64,000 nucleotides of DNA from Eledone cirrhosa (Eukaryota). The position numbers and the translations under genes were made by a program. A model generated the notes under the pieces. It saw nothing but the letters and a program-made list of their open reading frames with translations, did no database searches and had not been told where the DNA came from. The DNA lies in assembly GCA_964016885.1 (NCBI GenBank), contig OZ024741.1:229400001-229464000 (forward strand), in the 5' to 3' direction. Below are positions 21,001 to 33,245 of this stretch, piece after piece (position 1 is the first letter of the stretch; each line of letters begins with the position of its first letter).

Positions 21001-22166
21001 TACACATACGCACCAGACTGATATACATACACACCAGACTGATACATATACACACCAGACTGATACACATACACACCAGACTGATACACATACACACCAG
21101 ACTGATATACATACACACCAGACTGATATACATACACATCAGACTGATATACATACACACCAGACTGATATACATACACACCAGACTGATACACATACAC
21201 ACCAGACTGATACACATACACACCAGACTGATACACATACACACCAGACTGATACACATACACACCAGACTGATATATATACACACCAGACTGATATACA
21301 TACACACCAGACTGATACACATACACACCAGACTGATATACATACACACCAGACTGATACACATACACACCAGACTGATATACATACACACCAGACTGAT
21401 ATACATACACACCAGACTGATATACATACACACCAGACTGATACACATACACACCAGACTGATACACATACACACCAGACTGATTCACATACACACCAGA
21501 CTGATACACATACACACAAGACTGATGCACATACACACAAGACTGATACACATACACACCAGACTGATACACATACACACCAGACTGATATACACACACA
21601 CCATACTGATAAACATACACACCAGACTGATATACATACACACCAGACTGATATAAATACACACCAGACTGATACACATACACACCAGACTGATACACAT
21701 ACACACCAGACTGATACACATACACACCAGACTGATACACATACACACCAGACTGATAGACATACACACCAGACTGATATACATACACACCAGACTGATA
21801 CACATACACTCCAGACTGATATACACACACACCAGACTGATATACATACACACCAGACTGATATACATACACACCAGACTGATACAGATACACACCAGAC
21901 TGATACACATAGACACCAGACTGATACACATACACACCAGACTGATACACATACACACCAGACTGATACACATACACACCAGACTGATATACATACACAC
22001 CAGACTGATACACATACACACCAGACTGATACACATACACACCAGACTGATACACATACACACCAGACTGATACACATACACACCAGACTGATATACATA
22101 CACACCAGACTGATACACATACACACCAGACTGATACACATACACACCAGACTGATATACATACAC
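1..22166. repeat. 21-bp tandem satellite (consensus ACACCAGACTGATACACATAC), roughly 1,050 units, runs off the left edge
   Basis: Continuous tandem copies of CCAGACTGAT(A/T)(C/T)ACATACACA with point variants and occasional 23-bp (extra AT) or 20-bp units. Ends at ...gatatacatacacgctc near 22166. Confidence 0.98.
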
Positions 22167-22241
22167 GCTCACATAGAAGCCAACAGCAACAATAGCAATA
22201 GTATCAGCAACAATATTAACATCAATGAAAATAACTTCTAC

Positions 22242-22411
22242 TACAGGTAAAATTCCGTTATAACGAATACAATTATAAACAAATTTACAAAAAACCGAAA
22301 TTTTTTGAATCCTCACACGCTCGATGTGCTAGGTCGATCTCGTTATAAAGAATTTTTCGTTATAACGAATTTGTTTTACGCTGCGAATTTAGTTATAACG
22401 GAATTTCACTA
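22242..22411. mobile_element. Short MITE-like remnant with imperfect terminal inverted repeats (Tc1/pogo-type)
   Basis: Left tacaggtaaaattccgttataac versus right gttataacggaatttcacta. Internal cgttataac motifs recur. Confidence 0.5.
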
Positions 22412-22571
22412 TCGCAATTTCAACATAATAGTAGCAACAGTAACGACAATAAGAACGACGATATAAACTTTATAACAGCAAAAACAATAAAACATCAACA
22501 AAAACTGCCTTGAAAAATAACGACGTACTTCGTTATTTTAATTATCAAATATGTGGTGCTTCATTATAACA

Positions 22572-22757
22572 TGGATTGGCAGTATCAGTAGAGGTTCGGA
22601 CGCCATGCTTTCTAGCATAGAGTTACGTCCCTTTACGGACTGGGTTCAAATCCCTCCAAGGTTAACTTTGCCTTTCATCCTTACGGGGTCGATAAAATAA
22701 AGTACCAGTAATGTACTGGGTAATTGCTGGCCTTGTGTCAAAAGTAGAAACAATTAT
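22572..22757 (+). mobile_element. tRNA-derived SINE (family recurring throughout the window)
   Basis: A-box-like ggattggcagtatcagtag, B-box-like gggttcaaatcc, conserved core aactttgcctttcatccttacggggtcgataaaataaagtaccag, tail gctggccttgtgtcaaaagtagaaacaatt. Confidence 0.85.
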
Positions 22758-23654
22758 AACATATACAGTGTACACCCGTCTTTTGCGGTTCGGCATTCGC
22801 GACCCCGGTTTAATTTTCCTTAGAACCTAACTAATAGTTGTTCGCGTAAACCACCGCATATTCGCGAAATCGTAAATATCCTCTGCGATTTTTTCATGGC
22901 TTTTTTCGTTGCAATATATATTTTTTCTCGCTTTATAACGCCAAATTATTTATTATCAATATACCGCATTTGCCAGCGTATAATTTACGTTATGTTTTGA
23001 CGTTTATAGGCACTTTTATGGACCACGTCCATTATTCGCGGTTTTTCACTCTTCGCAGGTGCTCTAGGGACAACTGAATATCAATATCATAATTTATGTT
23101 ATTTCTGTGAACGAAACCTCATTATTGCATCAATTTAATAGCCGAAATCAGTCCATTTTCTGTGGAATTTTCGATTGAAATTGGAACATCTTTATAAGGA
23201 ACCATCTCGTTGCTGTATCATTACACACAAACACGCCCGTCACCAGGCTTTGATCTTCAGTGGGGTTCGAGGATGGCTTCAGAATTTTGTTCTTCATAAG
23301 CACTATTTGCTAATTATGTGGGTACACCATTGAAAAGTAGGATGGCTGTGCCATCCTCTACTCTTCCACCTCCCCCTCGCGGCGGTCCTGCACACAAATG
23401 AAAACACTCAGTCAGTCACATTTGATTTGTTCATAATTTATTAAAGTACAGTGATTAAAAAACAAGAACAATTCAGTATTCTTGTTACCCCATCATGTTA
23501 CGTAAATATAAAACAGCAGTCGCCAACCATTTGGACCTCACGGACAACTAAATTCATAATTTTAAATCCTGCGGACCACTAATATGAATTAATGGTCAAT
23601 GGTCGAAACAATGCTGAAGCATACGTATGTGATATTGTCGATAGATGATACATA

Positions 23655-26357
23655 TGTAGTGACCTACATTCCGCGGGCTCACATACATTCTCTGTGCGTG
23701 ATTTGGCTCAGTTCAGCCAATCAGCGCCAGTAGAAGAGGATGTATCCCTACGCGCCCCGAGGAAGAAATTCCCCGCGAAGATTTGAAGAATCTCTCTCTT
23801 GTACCAGAAACTTCGAGCCAGCAACACGCATAATGTAACAGCGAGATATTGCACCCCTAGCCTCGCCGGCTTAACGGCGCAATGGCACATTCCCTTTTGT
23901 AATCTCTTTTTATCTGTAACTTCAACCATATAAATAAACAGACATTTCATCTCTAATTGCTGCTGTTGAAATCGTTATTATGTTACTCGTGTCACAATAA
24001 CATCTATAATCCATGCGGCTGGAATTGGCGACCTGACGAAAGGAATATTGTAAATAGATGGTAAATAGATCGAGGGACCTTCCGTCACGTCTATGTCAAC
24101 AAGATAATCCAACGAGGATACTATCACTTACCACACTGGCAACTAACGACCACTGATTCTACCACCCTGCTAAAGTGGCGACTACTCTATAACCAATACT
24201 GCTAAAGTGGTGACCGACGTAAGAATTTAACGCAGCCCTTCTTATTCATTCAGTTGAACTTTTATTGCCACGTTGCCAACCTTTTTCGCAGCTTGCGAAA
24301 ATAAAATATATTCCTTTCAAAATTTTTTGAAAAATTGGCAGTATTTCAAAAACCTTTTCGCCACGAAAAAATTTCAAGATGGCTACCGAAATGTCCGGGC
24401 TACACTTGACAACAACAACGACAGCAGCAGCAGCGACAGCGTTGTTTAACCACTGACCAATACAGGGAACAGTGAGTGGCAGCTTCATAACCTTACCGAC
24501 GCCAACCACCACACATCGGAAATTTCAAAACGGCTTGTAACTTTACCGACGCAACCACCATACCTTCTGTCTCGTTACCACAGGGACGTGAGAAATTGAG
24601 ACAGTAGTTTTCTCACCATTATGGCGTCAGACGTGGCTGCCATATTTGGTGACCGCTACTCTACAGAAGATTCTTTGACTTTGCTTTAACAATAAGCAAC
24701 ACAACCTTATGCCACACAAGATGGCCACGAAATCTCACAAAAACACCATACATCTAACCCTTAACGGCATTAGCAAACTTCTTTTTCAGTTTTCAGATAG
24801 AACTAGTGTCTGTACACTGGTGATGTGTGAACTATTTGACTTTGAAAGACTTTGAACTTATTGAGCAATTTCTCTGCTCCCCTAGATTGACTTTGAATTA
24901 TCAGTTTGTTACATTCACATATTTCTTTGTAGAATGCATTTACTTGTTTTGTGCTCTTTTGCTATTTGTTTGCTCATGGTTTTTGTTCATTCACATTATT
25001 TGCTGTTTTACATGCCTGCATATGCACACATTTTTTTTTTATCACACACCAACATGTTCTTGGTATATGTTCTTCAAGCGTAATATTCTGCGAGTCCCTT
25101 TTCACCTGGTTGAGATGCTGTCACATGCTAGCAGCTCACAGAGCTTGATCCACTGGATTCAAACAGGCACCGCAACACGAGAATACTAATTGCAGCTGAA
25201 CTCAAACAGCTTCGCATCTCGTTGCACACTGATCGTCCATGACGGCCATCCGTCTTGTTTTTGCCCGACTCGCTGGGAAAGCAACAAATTGAACTGGACT
25301 TGTCAGCATTTCAGCCACTTCTGTGGATTCGCCCGAATTATGGAATTTACACTGCAGCCCACCTACAGATTAAACTTGCCTTTTTTTCTTTACAAAGCAA
25401 CCAGCCATTTTTTCATGGCTCCACAGCACATTCGACAATACATCTGGGGGCCATCATTTTCTCGCCAGCACTGGTAAACTACCATAATAGCTTCGTTCAC
25501 AGCTACTGGTACAACGCTTACCATTAACATTTAATGCAAGAACAGCAACTTCGCCCATGTCAGACATTATCTGTTTTCTGGTAGGCCCTTGAGGGTCTCG
25601 TTTAAACTACAAAACAGCTAGTCATTTGACAGCGGCTCAACACGGCCTGTCGCGCCTAATTTTTTTTTGTTCTTGCATGAATCTTTCTGCTCAATTATTT
25701 TTTCACTGATGTGCTCTTTCAGCATTTGTTCTTGCTGATTCAATAATATGTGGGTCCTTGGTTTCTTCGTTATCGATTTTCGGCTGAAAATCTGGTCGGA
25801 GGTGATGTAGTGACCTACATTTCGCGGGCTCACATACATTCTCTGTGCGTGATTTGGCTCAGTTCAGCCAATCAGCGCCAGTAGAAGAGGATGTATCCCT
25901 ACGCGCCCCGAGGAAGAAATTCCCCGCGAAGATTTGAAGAATCTCTCTCTTGTACCAGAAACTTCGAGCCAGCAACACGCATAATGTAACAGCGAGATAT
26001 TGCACCCCTAGCCTCGCCGGCTTAACGGCGCAATGGCACATTCCCTTTTGTAATCTCTTTTTATCTGTAACTTCAACCATATAAATAAACAGACATTTCA
26101 TCTCTAATTGCTGCTGTTGAAATCGTTATTATGTTACTCGTGTCACAATAACATCTATAATCCATGCGGCTGGAATTGGCGACCTGACGAAAGGAATATT
26201 GTAAATAGATGGTAAATAGATCGAGGGACCTTCCGTCACGTCTATGTCAACAAGATAATCCAACGAGGATACTATCACTTACCACACTGGCAACTAACGA
26301 CCACTGATTCTACCACCCTGCTAAAGTGGCGACTACTCTATAACCAATACTGCTAAA
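23655..26357 (+). mobile_element. Non-autonomous LTR retroelement (Gypsy-like signals): two 552-bp LTRs around a 1.6-kb non-coding interior
   Basis: Near-identical direct repeats 23655-24206 and 25806-26357 (offset 2151) with ends TGTAG...CTAAA. PBS-like tggtgaccgacgt follows the 5' LTR and purine-rich ggtcggaggtga precedes the 3' LTR. No gag/pol ORF. Flanks cata/caca. Confidence 0.85.
24208..24220 (+). promoter_or_regulatory. Primer-binding site, degenerate complement of the tRNA-Trp 3' end
   Basis: tggtgaccgacgt versus the expected TGGTGACCCCGACGT (2-nt deletion), immediately after the 5' LTR. Confidence 0.6.
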
Positions 26358-26461
26358 CACATGTGTAAAATTCTTTCATGGATGTTAGTTCTTTACTTGA
26401 GGAGAAACATTTTTGTTGAGGTTATAAAATATATTTTAACCGAATATTATTTTTGTTTTAT

Positions 26462-26646
26462 TGGTTTGGCAGTATCGGTAGAGCGTTAGACACCATGCTT
26501 TGCAGCATAGAATTATGGCCCTTTACATTCTGAGTTCAAATCCCGCCAGGTTAACTTTGCCTTTCATCCTTACGGGATCGATAAAATAAAGCACCAGTAA
26601 TGCACTGGGGTAATTGCTGGCCTTGTGCCAAAAGTAGAAACATTAT
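26462..26646 (+). mobile_element. SINE copy
   Basis: Same head, core and tail as the 22572 copy. Confidence 0.85.
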
Positions 26647-26964
26647 AAATAAAACATAAAAATTGCAAATAATGTCCACATTTTTCTGCTGAACCCAACA
26701 TTTTCTCTCGGACCACCGGTTGGTGACCGATGATATCAAGCTAAAGATTTTAAAAAGAGTCGACCGAGGAGAAATAAAATTGCGAAACGTTAAAACCATA
26801 ATGAATCAATATGACAAACAATAATGTTATTATGCAAAATTCCAGTAAGTGAAACACTTCTACACTACGGACACACAGTAAAATCATTGAAAATATGAAA
26901 ACATTAAGTGTTTAAGAGACACTCACCTCTCTCTCAATCCATTATCCAAAATACGTTAAATATA

Positions 26965-27130
26965 CGGCTTACTTGGACCCCGTACTGCCGAGCTCTTCTG
27001 CAAGATCGGAACGTCGGCGGCCCGTCTGAGGAAGGATCCCGCTTGGTGGGATGCCTGTTGCAGCATGTGTCGCTGGCCATTTTCCGTAGGAATGCTTTTG
27101 CGGTCTCGGGTGTAGCCCCATTACCGCCGC
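26965..27130 (+). pseudogene. 3'-end remnant of a CRE-like (restriction-endonuclease-like domain) non-LTR retrotransposon
   Basis: Frames give LGPRTAELFCKIG and LLQHVSLAIFRRNAFAV, paralleling LGPRATSLLTTIG and LFQRVSLAVLRGNAFPI in the 62153-62941 ORF. Confidence 0.6.
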
Positions 27131-27620
27131 GCTCTAGGCCCAGAGCCCCCCTTCCCTCCTCACTCTTCGGTGACACTAGAGCCCTTGCCTTTCCCTTCCT
27201 TTTCCATTTTTTTATATTTTCTTATTTTTCCATTCTATTCTTTCTTCTCAATCTATTTTTTCTTTTTATATTAAATTGTTTTTAATAGTTATAACAAGAA
27301 ACTGAGGACGTCAATCCAACGTTTGTTGTTTCTGGTGAGGAGTTTTGAAAGTTCAAGTGACGATCTAATTTTCTTAGTATTGGGATATGGGTTTATGTAC
27401 AGACAGAGACGGTGGACCTAGTTTATTTCAAACAATAATTAAAAGAAGGTATCTGCATTTTTAAAAAAAGTGTGTTTTATTAACTGAGGGTGAAGTAAAA
27501 GGTGGAACATATTAATTTCGTTATCGAGGCAGTTGGTGTATATATATTTGTGTGTGTGTGTGTGTATTCGTGAGTTTTATATCGAATAATAATAATTGTT
27601 TCTAATTATTATCGAATAAA

Positions 27621-27985
27621 AATTGTTACTACTTTTGGCACAAGGCCAGCAATTATCCCAGTGTATTATTGGTACTTTATTTTATCGACCCAGTAAGGAT
27701 GAAAGGCAAAGTTAACCTTGTTGGGAATTGAACTCTGACCGTCAAGGGACGTAACTATGCTAGAAAGCATGGCGTCCGACCCTCTACCGATACTGCCAAT
27801 AATAATAATTGTTTCTACTTTTGGCACAAGGCCAGCAATTACTCAGTGCATTACTGGTACTTTATTTTATCGACCCCGTAAGGATGAAAGGCAAAGTCAA
27901 CCTCGACGGGATTTGAACGCAGACCGTAAAGGGACGTAACTATGCTGGAAAGCATGGCGTCCGACCCTCTACCGATACTGCCAAT
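27621..27985 (-). mobile_element. Two tandem SINE copies
   Basis: Reverse complement of the SINE consensus twice (about 27621-27800 and 27808-27985). Confidence 0.85.
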
Positions 27986-28291
27986 TCACAATAATGATAT
28001 TCGATTCATTTGCGAGCAAACAACCTCATTACGTTATGTTTTTAGATGACCACTTCATCATTTTGTTCTAGCAGTGGCACAGAGAGAAACAATTGACAAC
28101 ATTGTTTGTAGGTTATTGCCTTTTATCAATATTGTCTCTCTGTTACTAATAGAAGAAAGGGATGGCCATCTGAAAAGATAGCGTAATGAGGCCGTTTGCT
28201 TCCAAATTAGAATAATAATTATGATATTTGCTTCCAAACAAATCAAATATTATAATTATTATTCTAATGTTACTATTATTATTCTAACGGT

Positions 28292-28457
28292 TGTGGATTG
28301 GCAGTATCGGTAGAGGGTCGGACGCCATGCTTTGCTGTCTGAGTTCAAATCCCACCGAGGTCAACTTTGCCTTTTATCCTTGCAGGGGTTGAACAAATAA
28401 AGTACCAATAATGCACTGAGATAATTGCTGGCCTTGTGCCAAAAGTAAAAACAATTA
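28292..28457 (+). mobile_element. SINE copy with internal deletion
   Basis: ggattggcagtatcggtagagggtcggacgcc ... gagttcaaatccc ... gctggccttgtgccaaaagtaaaaacaatt. Confidence 0.85.
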
Positions 28458-28566
28458 TTATTATTCTAACTTTGTTTTTAATTTTCAGCAAGGCCTGCCG
28501 TAAAATCGCTCGGTATGTAAATAAGGCTAATCAGCCGATGTAACCTTTAGAGAAAATCAAATTCTA

Positions 28567-28570
<4 letters not shown>

Positions 28571-28612
<42 letters not shown>
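28571..28612. repeat. (TG)n microsatellite
   Basis: About 20 perfect TG units. Confidence 0.95.
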
Positions 28613-28616
<4 letters not shown>

Positions 28617-30375
28617 TTCAATTACCATTACAGAGCGGAGCCTTTGACCTCTTTACTATAAATTTAATACTTTGCTTATCTGTTTTAAAAAGGTGAGAGC
28701 TCAGATTTAAATGTACTGCATTACATCACACACATTCATATCAATATAATGTAACAGGTTCAATCTGCCATCTTTATAAATTAATTTAACAAATCACTTC
28801 TGTTATTCACTGTAACGTTCCTACACATGATGTATGAATCTAATTTGAACTCTTGTAACGGAATCGGCTGTGGTCAGACCTGAAGAGCAAATGGGCTCTG
28901 CCAGGTTTAAAGTGCCCAAGTATATCACGACACCACCTCTACGACTCCATTCGGAGTTACAGGTCCATGCATATATACAGTTATCCTGAAACCCAATTAA
29001 AATTTTATTCTATATTATACATTTTACACACTCACCATTCAATTTTATTTTCGTATTATATATATAGTGAAAGAGTGAAGAATAACATGGTGGTCGGCTG
29101 TACAAAAAGGGTTTTACAACCTCTAACTGGATTACCTAAAACGATAACTTGTCATCCCATATATATATATATATATATATGCATTCTTGCAAAAACATAC
29201 ACAACTGAATTCATTCGCCTGATATAGAGGTTGCCTCCCTTGCCGATCCCCACGTGGGGTCAGCAATAGTCAGTCCTTGTATTAACATTGAACTAAAACC
29301 TGTTGAGAAAGTGGCTTCCTTGTTCAATCATCTTACCAGAAGCCTGACATTATTTATGTAAGCGGACGGTACTTGATTTAGGAGCCGCAGAAACCCATAT
29401 ACTGGATTTTACCAACCTTCCAGGGGTCCGGGTAAATTTTCAATACCCGATTTACTTGATCGTTTTTTTTTTTTTGGCTATGCGAATGATTGTTTAACCA
29501 TCGTCTCAGTGTGTTTGGCCTTTAACGTTTGTTATAGCTCTGGTTCATCTGAATCATTGAGCACTTGCCGCACATCTCGGAGGTTGTTTTTCGTTATTTC
29601 GTGGGCCGAAATACGAATCTCGATAATTTATGTTTGTTTATATATATATATATATTCATTTATGTTGTATGATTTACCAATGGGTAGATCTGGTCTTTCT
29701 GGTTAGTAAATCATGATGTAAAAAGGAAAGCACGCAACGTTATGCAAATCATCTATCGTAGATGTGATATGCTATGGCTGGTGCAGGAAACAACAGAAGG
29801 CCAGACTCAAAATATTATTTTAGTGTTGAAAAACCACAATACGTACTTCTATAGCCTGGCTACATCATCATATCATGACGTAAGACTTTGACGATGTCAT
29901 CAGGTTGCAGATTGCAAAATTAGGTAAACGTAAACCTTACCTGAATGCTTGAAACAGTGTGAACTCTGATAACGGCACACAATGGCCTGCTGGTGGTATC
30001 AAAGAATAGAGGATAGAGAATTGACTTGATTCGGAGATAGCCCGCCTATTTGGTGTTATTGTTACGGCGAACCATTTCTGAATGACACGCACTCATCAAT
30101 GTTAAGCATAGTGGGTTGGTGTATGTTATAAATGTTAATATGTATACTCTTCAGTGTAATTATTATAATATAACTAAACTATACTGAACAATATAAGGTA
30201 AATAAATTACGGGCAGTGGATAATTATTCTATTTAATTATTTATATTCAAATACCTAGACTGGAGAGTACACATACTACTCCTTATAACAAATATCTTTA
30301 GTCTACTCCTTAATTTATTTTTCTTTATATTTTTATATATGTTATCTTATCGTATTCCTTATATTATATTCCATA

Positions 30376-30762
30376 TACGAGGTATACTCAAGAAGTTTTG
30401 AGACTTTTTTTTATTTTCAGGCATTTTTAATTAACCTATGTCACTGTCACTTTAATACATTCTTGATATGTCTGAGAGAAGAAGAACAGAACGCCAAAGT
30501 TCGTCGACAAAATTCGCAGATTTCTGTACGAGAACCGCTGTGCATCTCTTCTGACGATTCCTAAACAATTTGAAATAGCTGAATGCACTGAGCACAGAGT
30601 CATTCATGTTGAACTGATCATGCGCACAGTTTGTGCTAAGTTTGTTCCCAGGGTGCTCAAACGCAGGAATAAGTTGGTGACAGCAAGGAGATGGTCGAGT
30701 GTATCGCTTCGAATCCAAGTGTCCTCGAGTCTCTGGTAACCTGTGACGAGAGCTGGATCCCC
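30376..30762 (+). pseudogene. Decayed mariner transposon (left TIR and transposase fragments)
   Basis: TIR-like tacgaggtatactcaagaagttttgagac. Translations MRTVCAKFVPRVL and LVTCDESWI match the mariner VPxxL linker and first catalytic-D (TGDExW) motifs. Confidence 0.7.
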
Positions 30763-31025
30763 CCAAAATGTATACACTCTTCAACAGCATTCTAATAAAT
30801 ATTGCCTGTACATGTAATCAGAGTAGTATACATTTTTTGCAACACCCTGTATATATATAAAGAAAATTTCGCTCTTCATGGCTGAATACAATAAATGCAA
30901 TCTGAGTTTTTCGAATATTAATAATAACATTCGATTGGTTTGCAATTATGCAAACAAGCCTCAATTTTATAGCCATGTCAGTAGAATGAACACTTCATTC
31001 TTGCTCTTGTGTTGGCATTCGAACA

Positions 31026-31075
31026 GAACTGCAGACACTAATGTTTCTGGGTATCACCCTTCATCAGTACAGCTC
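31026..31075 (-). ncRNA. Type I hammerhead ribozyme
   Basis: gagctgta-CTGATGA-agggtgataccca-GAAAC-attagt-GTC-tgcagttc: 8-bp stem I, stem II gggt/accc, GUC cleavage triplet. Confidence 0.85.
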
Positions 31076-31464
31076 ACTGTTCACCTGCCAAACTGTCAGA
31101 GCTAGTGAAAATATATGCTATTTTCAAAAATACACAGTGACTGATCGGCTTGATTTGCATATTAGCAGACTGGCTGATCAGTCAGATCTGCATCTGATCA
31201 GCCAGATTTGCATATCAGCAGACTGGCCAGTCAGTTTCCTGTATACGAGCAATAAATGGCCGGCTTTGCCAAATTCAAATAAAAAAGAAAATTTCACTCT
31301 TCGTGGCTGAATACAATAAATGTAATCTGAGTTTTTCGAATATTAATATAGCATTCGATTCGTTTGCATTTATGCGAACTAGCCTCACTGGCCGACCAGT
31401 CACTTTGTATTTTTGAAAATAGCATATATTTTCACTAGCTCTGACAGTTTGGCAGGTGAACAGT

Positions 31465-31514
31465 GAGCTGTACTGATGAAGGGTGATACCCAGAAACATT
31501 AGTGTCTGGAGTTC
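31465..31514 (+). ncRNA. Type I hammerhead ribozyme (inverted copy, one stem I mismatch)
   Basis: gagctgta-CTGATGA-agggtgataccca-GAAAC-attagt-GTC-tggagttc. Confidence 0.8.
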
Positions 31515-31671
31515 TGTTCGAATGCCAGCACAAGAGGAAGAATGAAGTGTTCATTCTACTGACATGGCTATAAAATTGAGGCTTGTTTGCATAATTGCAA
31601 AGGAATCGAATGTTATTACTAATATTCGAAACACTCAGATTACATTTATATATATATATATATATATATCA

Positions 31672-32392
31672 GGCTCAGAAACTCCCGTGTCTTGCGACGC
31701 ATGAGGCAATCACAGTGTTCCATCGCGTTCGGTCAGCAGCCAGTTGCACAGCCTCCCGCCATTGTCTGTTTGCCGCTCGCAGTTCCCTCTCAACTGTCCA
31801 CGGTGCCCTCATTGTTAATGGAGCTTCCTAGGTAGGTGAAGTTGTCCACTGTCTCCACCTCCCCCTGTTCAATGAAGACACTGGTTGGTGGTGGATGTGT
31901 CTCAGATAACATGCTTTTGGTCTTCTTGGCACTAATATTGAGACCTAAGCTTCCTGCTTCGACATTGATATTGTTCACAATGATTTGCAGGTCAGCTGTG
32001 CTCTCTGCAAGTGCAACAATATCGTCCGCAAAGTCCAGGTCAGACAACCCTTGCTCTCCCACCCAAGATATACCCTGGTCTTTAGACGCTCTTCTTAGTA
32101 CCCTGTCAATGGCTATGGCAAAGAGAATTGGAGAGAGCGAGCAACCCTGATGCACGCCAGTAACCACCTCAAACCAGTCACTGTAACCATCCTCTGTCCA
32201 TATGCAGCACTTGCAGTTTGCGTAAATCTGTTTGATTGCCGAAATGACTTTCTGCGGCCGACCATACTCATGCATGACGCTCCAGAGCGACGGTCGATGA
32301 ATGCTATCGAATGCTTTGGAGAAATCGATGAAGCTGATGGCGAGGGGCCTCTGGAATTCGTTGTACCACTCAATGATGCGGCGTAACGTAAA
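31672..32392 (-). pseudogene. RTE-clade LINE reverse transcriptase fragment with internal deletion and 3' end
   Basis: FIDFSKAFDSIHR, GVHQGCSLSPILF, LDFADDIVAL and FTYLGS motifs. C-terminal WREAVQLAADRTRW resembles RTE ORF ends. Frameshifted. Confidence 0.85.
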
Positions 32393-32960
32393 GATATATA
32401 TATATGTATCGAGAGCTTATCATGATGTTTAGCGGGAATTTTAAATATTTCCTTTTGGGTTAACTTTTTGAATAACCGCCTGGGACCGGGGTTATTTCCC
32501 TTGCCGGAATTAGCACGTGATAATTATAGATTCGATTAGCAGCTTATTGCAGCAACATATAATTTATCACTTCCATCCCAGGAAGAACGATAAACCTGTT
32601 GAAAAATTGAATCCAACGTTCGGTCATCAATTGCCAGGAGCTTGCCTTACATGTAAGTCGGATATTTGATTTTGGATTCAGAGAAACACTTTAAACGTCT
32701 ATTCGTCTAATTTGTCTTAAACGTCTATTCGTCTAATTTGTCCAGGTGTACTTTTTCTCAACCTGATTAGTGCTATCGTTGCACTGGTATACATATTGTG
32801 TGTTAGTTTAGCCTACCACAATGTTCGATTTGTCAAGCTTTTTAAACGTATGTTATTATTCTAAGGACCTATCTTATCGAGTGCTTTGCTAACTCATCAT
32901 TTCATATAAGTAGGCCGAATTCACTTGCAAACCGCCAGAGATTCGATTTTACTGATTTCC

Positions 32961-32997
<37 letters not shown>

Positions 32998-33032
32998 TTT
33001 TGCTACAATATTTTCTATTTTCTATACCTTTC

Positions 33033-33088
<56 letters not shown>

Positions 33089-33245
33089 TGGAATAAATGC
33101 TCTGAAATAGCGATATATATGTGAATATAGACATAGAATATTCGAAAATATTCTGTATGTTTACAATAAACATTTTGAAGACCTAATCGCTATAGAATAG
33201 AATACGTCACGTATTACAATTAGATTCTCGATAAAAGCAAGGGAA

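Larger units (their letters stand above)
23514..26732. mobile_element. hAT (Charlie-like) non-autonomous element hosting a nested LTR element and a SINE
   Basis: TIRs CAGCAGTCGCCAACC (23514) and GGTTGGTGACCGATG (26718-26732). Flanking 8-mers atataaaa and atatcaag match at 6/8 (degenerate TSD). Subterminal ggaccac motifs at both ends. Confidence 0.55.
30860..31648. mobile_element. About 425-bp hammerhead-bearing unit: partial tandem followed by an inversion, flanked by (TA)n
   Basis: aagaaaatttc...ggctgaatacaataaatg at 30860 and again at 31285. From about 31395 the sequence is the reverse complement of 30890-31140. Confidence 0.8.

Noticed and set aside
1-22166. CRISPR-like or information-coding array
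   Set aside because: No unique spacers and no cas genes. Variation is point mutation propagated by block duplication.
18-22316. Long repetitive ORFs (VYVYQSG, HTHQTDT, CVSVWCV; up to 1170 aa)
   Set aside because: A 21-bp unit lacking stops in several frames gives these automatically. Frame-shifting 20- and 23-bp units are tolerated and there is no gene context.
22572-22660. tRNA genes at SINE heads
   Set aside because: A/B-box-like motifs only, no cloverleaf, and always joined to the SINE body.
23708-23950. Identical 80-aa ORF in both LTRs
   Set aside because: Antisense, short, no motif. The identity simply reflects LTR identity.
28876-28900. CTGAAGA as a hammerhead core
   Set aside because: No GAAA after the stem, and the motif is not conserved in the second copy.
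29832-29880. Hammerhead-like atgatga-tgtagccaggctata-gaagtacgta on the minus strand
   Set aside because: Several core mismatches. Cannot be distinguished from chance or advanced decay.
32692-32743. 26-bp tandem duplication ttaaacgtctattcgtctaatttgtc
   Set aside because: Two copies only, an ordinary slippage or repair duplication.
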